In this document: positions 12,201-22,068 of the stretch, in pieces
Position numbering within the stretch: position 1 is the first letter of the stretch
Layout of the letters: each line of letters opens with the position of its first letter
NCBI RefSeq assembly: GCF_030028105.1
Contig: NC_092393.1
Location: forward strand, 21,927,825 to 21,991,824
From: Mobula birostris
Lineage: Eukaryota
Length of the DNA stretch: 64,000 nucleotides
Direction of reading: 5' to 3'
Translations under genes and position numbers: made by a program
The notes under the pieces: generated by a model
The model's database searches: none
Told to the model about the DNA's origin: nothing
The model's input: only the letters and a program-made list of their open reading frames with translations

Positions 12201-13918
12201 TTGTCCATGAGCTCATAGAGGAAGTCAGCCAGGCTACAAATTGATGGGGGAAGGGAGTGTTGAGTGAGGTGTAGTATTAATGATCAAGAGGGCAGAGGGA
12301 ATATAAATGTTCAGACCGTGGCACCGAGGAGAGGGTGACTGGGTCAGACGAAATGGGTCGGGGGAAGATGAAAGAGATTGTTCAGTTTGGAGGAGATGGG
12401 GATTTGAAAGGCACTGTGGACCATGAAGAAATAGTTGGGTTAATGTTTTCTTGAGAGTGGGTTGATCATAGATGAGTAAAGACACGGAATGTAGGTGAAG
12501 AGCAAGAGGAAAGGCCTACTTGAAATAAGGGAAAATGAGAAGTTGATAGGAGCTACAAAGAGGTAGTTACTCCTAAGCTGCAGGAGGCAGGTAGCTGGGT
12601 GACTGTTGTGTGAGGAAAAGGGAATATGCAGCCAAAGCAGAGTACCTCTGTGGCCATTCCAGTCAAGAGTAAATACACCACTTTGGATACTGTTGGGAGA
12701 GAAGTCCAACTGGGGGAATCCGCGGTGGTTGGCTCTGAGCCTGGCTCTGTGACTCTGAAGGGAAGGGGGAGAAAAGGAGTGTAGTAGTGAAAAGGATTCC
12801 ATAGTTAGAGGAGCAGATAGGAGATTCTGTGGATGTGAACGAGACACCTGGATAGTATGTTGCCTCCCCAGTGCCAGGGTCAGGGATGCCTCTGATCGAT
12901 TCCATAGCATTCAAAAGGGAGAGAGTGAGCAGCCAGAAGTTGTGGTACATATTGGTACCAATGATATAGGAAGGAAAAGGGTGGAGGTCCTGAAGAGATG
13001 GTATAGGAAGTTAGGTAGAAAGCTGAAAAGAAGGACCTCCAGGGTAGAAGCCACTCATAATAAGATGATTTAGGAGATGAATGTGTGGCTGAGGAATTGG
13101 TGCAGGGGCAGGTTGCAGGTATCTGTGTCATTGGGGTCTATTCTGTGGATGGTGTGACCTGTACAAAAAGGACGAGTTACACCTGAACCCAAGGGGAAAC
13201 AATATACCCATGGACAGGTTTGCTAGAGCTGTTGGGGAAGGTTTAAATTAATTCAGCAGGAGAATGGGAACCAAAGTGAGAGGGCTGAGGATGGGGCAGT
13301 TGGCATACAAGTACATGCAGAGTGTAGTGAACCAGTGGGTAAGGACAATCAGGTCATATGGCAAAATTGCAGTCAGTCAGGTGAGTTACAGTGTAACATG
13401 GGGGCAAAATCGAAAAGGGTGATGATACAGGACTGAATGTGTTATAAATGAATGTACGCAGTATACAGAACGAGGTAGTTGACTTTATAACGCAGTTGGA
13501 GATTTGCAGGTATGACTTTGTGGGGATCGCTGAGATATAGTTGAAAGAAGATCATTACTGGGAGGTTACCATTCAAAGATACACATTGTATTAAAAGGAC
13601 AGGTAGGTAGGCAGGGTGGGGTGTGGTGGCTCTGTCAGAAGTCTAACCCTTAGGAAAAGATGACATTGGATTGAAAGATGTAGAATCATTATGAGTAAAG
13701 AAATTGCTATGATAAAAAGACCATAATGGGAGTTATTTACAGGCCTCCAATCAGTAGCCAGGATTTGGGATACAAATTAAAATCGGAGATAAAAAAGTCA
13801 TGTCAAAAAAGGAAATGATATTCATCATGGGTTTCAATATGCACATAGACTCAGAAAATTAGGTTGGTGCTGGATTCCAAGAGAGGGTATTTGTAGAAAG
13901 TCACAACTTGGCTTTTTA

Positions 13919-14105
13919 CCAACACACTCAAAATGCTGGAGGAACTCAGCAGGCCAGACAGCATCTAGGAAAAGAGTACAGTCGATGTTTCAGGCTGAAA
14001 CCCTTCAGCAGGACTCTTTTCCTAAATGCTGCCCGGCCTGCTGAGTTCCTCCAGCATTTTGTGTGTATTGTTTGGATTTCCAGCATCTGCAGATTTTCTC
14101 TCATT
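13919..14105. mobile_element. Fold-back Penelope-like pLTR insertion nested in CR1
   Basis: Inverted arms about 13921-13977 and 14013-14066; hammerhead remnant in the loop; repeated target tggcttttta at 13909-13918 and 14111-14120. Confidence 0.8.
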
Positions 14106-14979
14106 TGAGATGGCTTTTTAGAGCAGCTTGCGGTTGCACCCACGAGGGGAAAGGCAATTCTTGATTGGGTGTTGTGTAATCAGCCATATTTGATAATGGA
14201 GCTTAAGGTAAAGGAATCCTTATAAGACAATGATCATAATATGGTAGAATTCACCCTGCAGTTTGAGAAGCTAAAGACAGATATATCGGTATTATAGTGA
14301 AGCAAATGGAATTACAGAGGTATGCACGAGGACCTAGCCAAATTTGATTAGAAGGGGACATGAGCAGGGATAACAACAGAGCAGCAATGGCGGGAGTTTC
14401 TGGGAGCAATTCGGAAGGCGCAGAATAGATATATCCCAATGGTGAACAAATATTCTAAAGAGTGGATTACGCAACTGTGGCTGATGAGGTAAGTTAAAGA
14501 CAACATAAAAGCAAATGAGAGGGCATATAATATCGCAAAAATTAGAGGAAAGTTAGAAGATTGAGAAGCTATTAAAAACCAACAGAAGACAACCAAAAAA
14601 AACATAAGGAGGGAAAAGATGATGTATGAAGGTCAGCTAGCCAATAATATAAAAGAAGATTCCAAGAGTTTTTTTTTTACATATATAAAGAGTAAAAATA
14701 GTTGTGTGAGCAGATATCATACTGCTAGGAAACAATAAAGACTGTTAATAAGTATTTTGCATCAGTCTTCACTGTGGAAAACACAAGCAGTATGCCAAAA
14801 ATTCGAAAGTGTCAGCGGGCAGAAGTGAGTGTGGTTGTTATACTAAAGAGAAGATGCTTGCCAAGCTGAAAAGTCTGAAGATAGATAAGTCACCTGGACT
14901 AGATGGAGTACACCCGCAGGGTTCTGAAAGGGGTAGCTGATGAGATTGTGGAGGCATTTGTAATGGCATTTCAGAATCA

Positions 14980-15272
14980 GAATCAAGTTTATTGTCACCG
15001 GCATGTGCCATGAAATTTGTTAACTTAGCAGCAGCAGCAATACAATGGAATACATGATAATATAGAAATCAATCAATCAATTATAGTAAGTATATGTATG
15101 TATTTTGAATAGATTAAAAATAGTACCAGACAGAAATAATATATATTTTTTTAAAGTGAGGTACTCTTCCTGGGTTCAATGTCCATTTAGAAATCGTATG
15201 GCAGAGGGGAAGAAGCTGTCCCTGAATCGCTGACTGTGTGCCTTCAGACTTCTGTACCTCCTTCCTGACGGT
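14980..15272 (-). mobile_element. Rex/Babar 3' fragment nested in CR1
   Basis: (gattct)n tail; aatca repeated at 14975-14979 and 15273-15277; CR1 sequence resumes afterwards. Confidence 0.75.
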
Positions 15273-17100
15273 AATCACTATATTTTCAAATGGTTTCAGA
15301 GGACTAGTAAAGTACAGATGTCACTCCACTTTTCAAGAAGGAGACTTCAGTGGTTGGGAAGATGTTGAAGTTCATTATTAAGGATGAGTTTATAGGATGC
15401 TCGGAGACACATGTTAAAGTAGGCCAAGGTCAGCATGGTTTCCTTCAGGGGAAATCTTGCTTGATAAACTTGTTGGAATCTTTTGAAGAAATAATAAGCA
15501 GGATAGACAAAGGAATGTCAGTGGATGTTGTATACTTGGATTTTCAGAAGGCCTTTGACAGGGTACAGCAACTTAACAAGATTAGATCCTCTGGAATTAC
15601 AGGCAAGGTACTGTACTTGCATGGATAGAAGACCGCCTGACTGACTGGCAGGAAGCAAAGAGTGGGAATAAGGGGGGATAAGGGTGGCCTTTTCTGGTTG
15701 GCTGCCGATGGTAGAGGTGTTCCGTCGTTGGGACCTATTTACACATCAATGATTTGGATGACAGAATTGATGGCTTTATGGCCAGGTTTGTGAATGATAC
15801 GGAGATGGATGGAGGGGCAGATAGCATTGAGGAAGCAGAGGGTCTGCAGAAGGACTTAGACAGATTGGGAAAATGGATGAAGAAGTGGCAGACGGGCAGG
15901 TGGGATATAGTGTAGGGAAGTGCAGGGTCATGCACTTTGGTAGAAAGAATAAAGGCATAGACCATTTTCTAAATGTAAAATTCAAAAACTCAGAGGACTA
16001 GAATAAGCAAAGATGTAATGCTGAGGCTTTATAAGACATTGGTCAGACTGCACTTGGAATAACGTGGCAGTTTTGGGCCCCTTATCTAAGAAAAAAATGT
16101 GCTGGCATTGGCGTGGTTTCAGGGGAGGTTCACAAAAATGGTCCTGGGAATGGAAGAGTTAATGTGTGAGGAGTGTTTGATCACCCTAGGCTTGTATTCG
16201 CTAGAGTTTAGAAGAACGAGGAGAGATCTCATTGAAAGGTGTTAAATTGTGAAAGACCTAGATAGAGTGAATGTGGAGAGGATGTTTCCTACAGTGGGAG
16301 AATCTAGGACAAGCAGACACAGACTCAGAATAGAGGGATGTCAATTTAGAATAGAGATAAGGAGGAATTTCTTTCGCCGATGGAATTCATTGTGGAATTC
16401 ATTGCACAGGCAGCTGTGAAATGATTGGGTATATTTAAAGCGGAGTTTAAAAGCTGCTTGATTGTCCAGATCAAAGGTTACAGGGAGAAGCTTGCGCAAT
16501 GGGGTTGAGAGGGATAATAAATCAGCCATGATGAAATGGTGGAGAAGATTCGATGCTCCAAATGGCCTAATTCTGCTCCTATGTCTTATAGTCAATGGTA
16601 TAATGGTTTATAATAGATGGTAAATAGAAGATACCTTTCACACCCAGCAGGTTTTCAGTACCCTGCCGTGTACGCCTTCAGGGCTGATGTCTTGCAAGGG
16701 TTACACACTCTTAACGGATGTTCTGATGTTGGCATCCAAGTGAGAGATCACAGAGTCATCAGGCACTGTGGGGTTTTGCACTGTTGTAGTTTTGTTCTCT
16801 CTTTCAAAGCATGCATAAAATACCCACAGCTACTTATCACCTAATGCACACAAATGTAGAAGCAAATCGTATTCACTTCTGGCTGGGATTCTTTGGAAAG
16901 ATACCAGAAACATCTTCCGTATGGAGGCTGACGACGTTGGCTTACGTGCCTGTGCACGAAATGGCAGATGTCAGCTGGAGATCAGGTATGACTGAGGCTG
17001 ACCCCCAGCTCCACTCAACCCTTTTCTTTTTCTGTGGTTGCTTACCAGATTACTGACTATTTCTAGCAATTTCTCTTTTTGTATTTCACATTACCAAAGT

Positions 17101-17406
17101 AAAGGCATCCGTTAGTCTTGCGAGACCATGGATTTGCGCCTGGAAAGTCTTCACTCTCCAGGGCGCAGGCCTGGGCAAGGTTGTATGGATGACCAGCAGT
17201 TGCCCATGCTGCAAGTCTCCCCTCTCCATGGCACCAATGTTGTCCAAGTGCATTAGGACCCATACAGCTAGGCACCAGTGTCATCACAGAGCAATGTGTG
17301 ATTAAGTGCCTTGCTCAAGGACACAACACGTTCCCTCAGCTGGGACTCGAACTCACGAACCTCAGGTCGCTAGTCCAATGCCTTAACCACTTGGCCATGT
17401 GCCCAC
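17101..17406 (-). mobile_element. tRNA-derived CORE-type SINE
   Basis: A box tggccaagtgg, B box gttcgagtcc, CORE-like gtgtccttgagcaaggcacttaa; TSD-like cacattaccaa / cacatttccaa. Confidence 0.75.
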
Positions 17407-17714
17407 ACATTTCCAACATCCACAATTTTCATTCTGATGTTCAGAAGTGAACCCATTTGTGAACACAGCCGCAAGCTGAGAGGTTAGGTGAACTACAGCT
17501 GGCAAGGTTAGCTCCAGTCCCCAGTCACTGACCTTGATATAGCGTCCAGCATCTGGTATTTTTTTAATTTTCTGTATTTCACTTTATTGTTGTGTACTTA
17601 ATTTAATTTTTGGTAATGGCTTATTATTGTGTCCTTTTATAACTGTCTGTTTTAAGTCAGTGATATTCTGGGGTTCCACCAGAGATCTACAGAATGTGCA
17701 TGTTTCATAGAGGT

Positions 17715-17935
17715 TGCACAACGTTTCATAGTACCAGCAACCTGGGTTCATTTCCCACCGCCTTCTTCAGGTCTCTCCATGACCAGGTGGGTTTCCTCCG
17801 GGTGCTCTGCCCAAAGATGTATTGGTTGGTAGGTTAATTGGGCATTTTAAATTATCCCGTGATTAGACTAGGTTAAATTGGGGCTTGTTGAGTGGCCAGC
17901 GTAGTTTGAAGGACTTATACTGCACTGTAAGTTAA
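17715..17935 (+). mobile_element. V-SINE (HE1-like), decayed
   Basis: gtgggtttcctccgggtgctc...ccaaagatgt...ggtaggttaattgg. Confidence 0.7.
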
Positions 17936-18467
17936 TAGTTATTTATTATTTCATAGAACAAAGTAAACATTAAAAATACTTCTACATTATGCAAATTAAA
18001 ATGGCAGTTTACTGAAGATTATGGGTGAGACTTATTCCAGAAGAAGTCAACAGCACTGTAGTCTGAAGATGCTACTAAAGTGAGTCCATTTTCATATTTT
18101 TGGGAAGATGCATTAATCCAGTAATTATAAAATGACTTAAAGAAAAACCTTGGTGTGTAAGTCTGCACCACATTGAAAGTGATAACACAGGTGGACAAGG
18201 TTGTAAATAAAAACAAGTACGTGGATTGGAAAGGAGTAGAGGGATTTGGGCCCAAGGTATGCAAATGGGATTAGCTAAAATTGCCATCATGTTCATCAAG
18301 GATGGTGGAGGCTGAATGGTCCCAATCTGTGCAATATATTTCTGTGATTCTATGACGATCATCTGGAGGCAGGGAAATCCATGTTATTTTGAGATGCTGA
18401 AGCTCCTAGCCCTATGCAAAAGTACGTTAGCTTCACTGGACTGCTATCAATAGCGCCAGCCTGCACC

Positions 18468-18845
18468 GGCAGCATGGTAGCGTAGTGCTTAGCACACACT
18501 TCACAGTACAGGCGACCCAGGTTCAATTCCCACTGCTGTCTGTAAGGAGTTCGAGTTTGTACATTCTCCCCATGACCACATTGGTTTCCTCCAGGTGCTA
18601 CGGTTTTCTCCCGAAGTCTAAAGCTGTACCGGAAGGTAGGTTAATGTGTCATTGTAAATTGTGCTGAAATTAGGATAGTTTAAATCAGGGATTCAAGCAA
18701 CACACATCAAAGTTGCTGGTGAACGCAGCAGGCCAGGCAGCATCTCTAGGAAGAGGTACAGTCGACTTATCAGGCCGAGACCCTTCGTTAAATCAGGGAT
18801 TGCTGGGTCTATTGGGCACTGTATCTCAATAAGTAATAAATAAAT
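18468..18845 (+). mobile_element. V-SINE (HE1-like) interrupted by a 94-nt insertion
   Basis: tRNA head ggtagcgtagtg / ggttcaattccc, V-domain ggtttcctccaggtgct, aataaa tail. Confidence 0.8.
18694..18787 (-). mobile_element. 94-nt Penelope-like pLTR mini-insertion
   Basis: 14-bp TSD ttaaatcagggatt at 18680-18693 and 18788-18801; sequence matches pLTR 36009-36096. Confidence 0.85.
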
Positions 18846-19837
18846 TTGGCTGTGATCACTGACAGTAACACACAGGTAACTGTTTGTTTAATTTTATTCA
18901 TTCACTTTATGTTACATTTTGTTGTATTTTTTTTAATAACTGTAACCTTTCATAAGATCCACTTAAATGGTGTCACAATGTCTCTCCTGTCAGCTATATG
19001 TGAAATCATGAAAACAGGCCATTTATTAAAAAGCCACCGAGACAGGACCTCAAATTCTGCTGTTGCCCATATTCCTCATGGGATGGCTGCAGTCTCAGAT
19101 CGCCAGATTCATCCACTTGTGAGGACGTTGCGGTAAAGGTAAAATTGGCAAATGGACATCAGATCCACCACAATTCAGCTCCGTGACTACGCACTCCACT
19201 TCTGACCAATGAATAGAGGAATGGGTTCAAGATATTGCTGAGCAGAAACTAGATAAAGTAACATTCCAGATGAAGTAACGTTGCCAGATAATATTGTGTC
19301 CCTAATCCAAATAGAAGCCCAAAATTTGGATGAATGTTGAAAATACAGCTGAAACTTGTTGGAATGTTATTGTGTTAATCAAGTACAATTTACACTGTCT
19401 GAAAGTAATGACATGCAGTTCGATGTGAGTCATTCCACCAACTGCCTGGTCTCCATTGTTATTTGTGGAATTCCCTTCTGGAAATGATAGTGGGGGCTAA
19501 AGGCACTAAATTACATGGTAAGGATGCTATAGGTTATCCAACATATTTTTCATCATCAACACCTTTGCAAATTTAGCGCATAAGAGCCTTTTACCCCCTT
19601 CATTCAATTGTTTGCTTTTTAGCTTCAAACTCTGCGCACGTGTTCCTGGCCGTAAGTATACCTAATGTAGCGGAAGTGGAATGGAGAACTAAAGGGAACT
19701 ACAGACCAGCACTACTGATAACAGAATGATTAATTGCTCTGCAGTAATCAGCAGAATATAAACAATTTCCGAAGAGATAATTGGTGTTTAATTTGAACTA
19801 GATGGTGCCTAGATCATTTCCACTATTTAGACTTAGA

Positions 19838-19932
19838 TCCACCCGAAGAAGGCAATGGCAAACCACCTCTGTAGAAAAAAAATTGCGAAGAGCAGTTATG
19901 GTCAAAGACCGTGATTGCCCACGTCATACTGC
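19838..19932 (+). mobile_element. RTE-related 3' tail fragment
   Basis: gaagaaggcaatggcaaaccac motif resembling RTE/BovB-type 3' ends. Confidence 0.5.
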
Positions 19933-19934
19933 TA

Positions 19935-20230
19935 TAGTAGCGTAGTGGTTAGTGCAATTCTATTACAGCTCAGGGCATTCCGGAGTTTGGAGTTCAATTT
20001 CAGCGTCTTCTGTAAGGAGTCTCTATACCTCCTCCCTATGGAACGTGTAGGTTTTTTCCAGGTGCTCCAGTTTCCTCCCACAGTCTAAAGATGTACCGGG
20101 TAGGTTAGTTGGATATTGGAAATTGTCCCTGTGATTAGGCTAGGGTTAATAGGGCTTTTCGGGGGTTGCTGGGGCGGCGTGGCTCAAAGGGCCAGCAGGA
20201 TCTACTCCGTGGCTTATCACTAAAATAAAA
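19935..20230 (+). mobile_element. V-SINE (HE1-like)
   Basis: gtagcgtagtggttag, gttcaatt, ggtgctccagtttcctcccacagtctaaaga. Confidence 0.75.
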
Positions 20231-20606
20231 TATTTTTTTAAAAATGATGATGATGGATCTGCCTTAACATGATGGTAATATCCATCAGGAGAATCTATGC
20301 TTGTAATCAGTCTAATTCCAGAGGCAAACCAGGGCTTAGATGAACCTAACAAAAAGAAAATGAATAGGTGGTTATCATTTGATGTAAAGGGTCTATCAGT
20401 TATTCAGGATGACCATGATACTTCAACATCACTTCTACCTTCCTGCTCTTATCTAAGTCATGATCACACATCAGACGAGATTCCAGGACCACTACACTGT
20501 ATAGTGAATATCAGCACTGCCTGACGGGGCGCAGTCTGATACACCAGGCTGTATTCTGAGCACTCATTGGTTTTCGTACACACAAGATCAATGAAGTGCT
20601 CATTTA

Positions 20607-20692
20607 CGGACTTGACTCGAAATGTCGACTGCTTATTCCCTGCCATAAATGCTGACTGACCTACTGAGTTCCTCCAGCATTTTGTATATTGG
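20607..20692 (+). mobile_element. Old short Penelope-like pLTR fragment
   Basis: cgaaatgtcgactg...atgctgactgacctactgagttcctccagcattttg. Confidence 0.65.
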
Positions 20693-20917
20693 TATTAGTG
20701 CAACAGGGTCAGGAAGAGAAAGCACTAAAGATTCTTAATCCAGGGTGTTAATTTGTTGACTCATGTTCAAAAGAAATTGTTGAAGTGGAGAGCATCACAG
20801 CAACAAACTAAGTTCATACTAACAACTCTGGTTGATTATTTGGAGAAACTTTTGCCTTCTAAAGTGCACTGCAACACTCATTATCTCAGGAGAGGTGTAA
20901 AGAATCTTTACTTAAAG

Positions 20918-21281
20918 GAAATAAGAAATAAAAGCAGGAGTAGGCCATCGGGCCTGTCGAGCCTGCTCTGCCATTCAATAAGATCATGGCTGATCTGGCC
21001 ATGGACTCATCTCCACCTACCTGCCTTTTTCCCATAACCCTTAGTTCCCCTACCATGCAAAAATCTATTCGACCTTGTCTTAAATATATTTACTGAGGTA
21101 GCCTGCACTGCTTCATTGGGCAGAGAATTCCACAGACTCACCACTCTCTGGGAAAAGCAGTTCCTTCTCATCTCTGATCTAAATCTACTCCCCCAAATCC
21201 TGAGGCTATGTCTCCTAGTTATAGTCTCACCTACCAGTGGAAACAACTTTCCTGTCTCTATCTTATCTATCCTTCTCATAA
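20918..21281 (-). mobile_element. CR1 3' fragment
   Basis: ORF 21007-21279 KLFPLVGETITRRHSL...FSQRVVSLWNSLP. Confidence 0.8.
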
Positions 21282-21292
21282 TTGATGAATTA

Positions 21293-22068
21293 GACTTCTG
21301 GTTTAAGATGGCACTGGTGAAGCCCAGTGACTACTTATTGGAAGCAAACAAAACTAAGAATACAACTAAATGTTTCATTAATAACACATTTTCTGGAAAG
21401 ATTTATGGTAAACGATCACTGCAAACAATGTGGAGGCGAGCAAAGGCAAGACTGAGCTGAGGGTCGAAATGTGTGGATGTGACGCGAGGCATATTCGAGG
21501 CAAAATCAGGGTGAGCGGAGTGGAGGAGAGGCAGAATTGAGACCTGTCCACCTAAAGTGAGAGCGGGGTTTCATCAATCTAAGTGCCAGACCGATTTGGA
21601 AGGGTTGGTTACGGGGTGAAACAAGGCGACAGATTCCAGGCCCAGGGCATATCGATGTGACAGGGCCCGAGACCTAGAGTGAGGGAGAACCCGGTGTTTG
21701 GCTGATTTAAACACTGGGCCAGATGGATTGAAAGGCAGAGCCTTGGGATCAGAGCGAGGATCAGGCTGGTTCCACTCGCTGTTCCGCGACGTTTACTCAG
21801 ATTTGCGCCGAACTGAGGCTGAGGCTGCGTCCTGCTCTAGCTGCTACAGGATTCATGTCGGTGGACACACTTTCATTCTGAATGCTATTTGCTTACTTTT
21901 TATTGTTTGCATGGTTTGTTTTTTTCTCGCTCTCTGCACGTTGGGTGTTTGGCGTTTTTTTTAATGGGTTCTTTTGGGTTTCTTTGGTTTCTGGCTGCCT
22001 GTAAGGAGACGAATCTCAAGGTTGTATAACGTATACATACTTTGATAATAAGTGCACATTGAACTTTG
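21293..22068 (+). mobile_element. Non-coding retroposon with a LINE-like 5' end and Rex-type 3' tail
   Basis: Starts ggtttaagatggc, ends gaatctcaaggttgtata...ttgataataag...ttgaactttg; homologous to 43268-44273. Confidence 0.7.

Larger units (their letters stand above)
12560..16610 (+). mobile_element. Older long CR1 LINE (ORF1 esterase plus ORF2 APE-RT), decayed, with two nested insertions
   Basis: ORF1 DSIVRG...VCCLP...HIGTND (12795-12970) and DELHLN; ORF2 QHGF.GKSCL, VYLDFQKAFD; CR1 3'UTR ggcctaattctgctcctatgtcttat. Confidence 0.85.

Noticed and set aside
16617-17060. Possible decayed retroelement or exon
   Set aside because: No motif I could assign with confidence
17335-17406. tRNA gene
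   Set aside because: A and B boxes continue into a SINE body; this is a SINE head
20607-20692. A fourth 94-nt-class insertion
   Set aside because: Similar size and content, but no TSD is visible, so the length cannot be fixed
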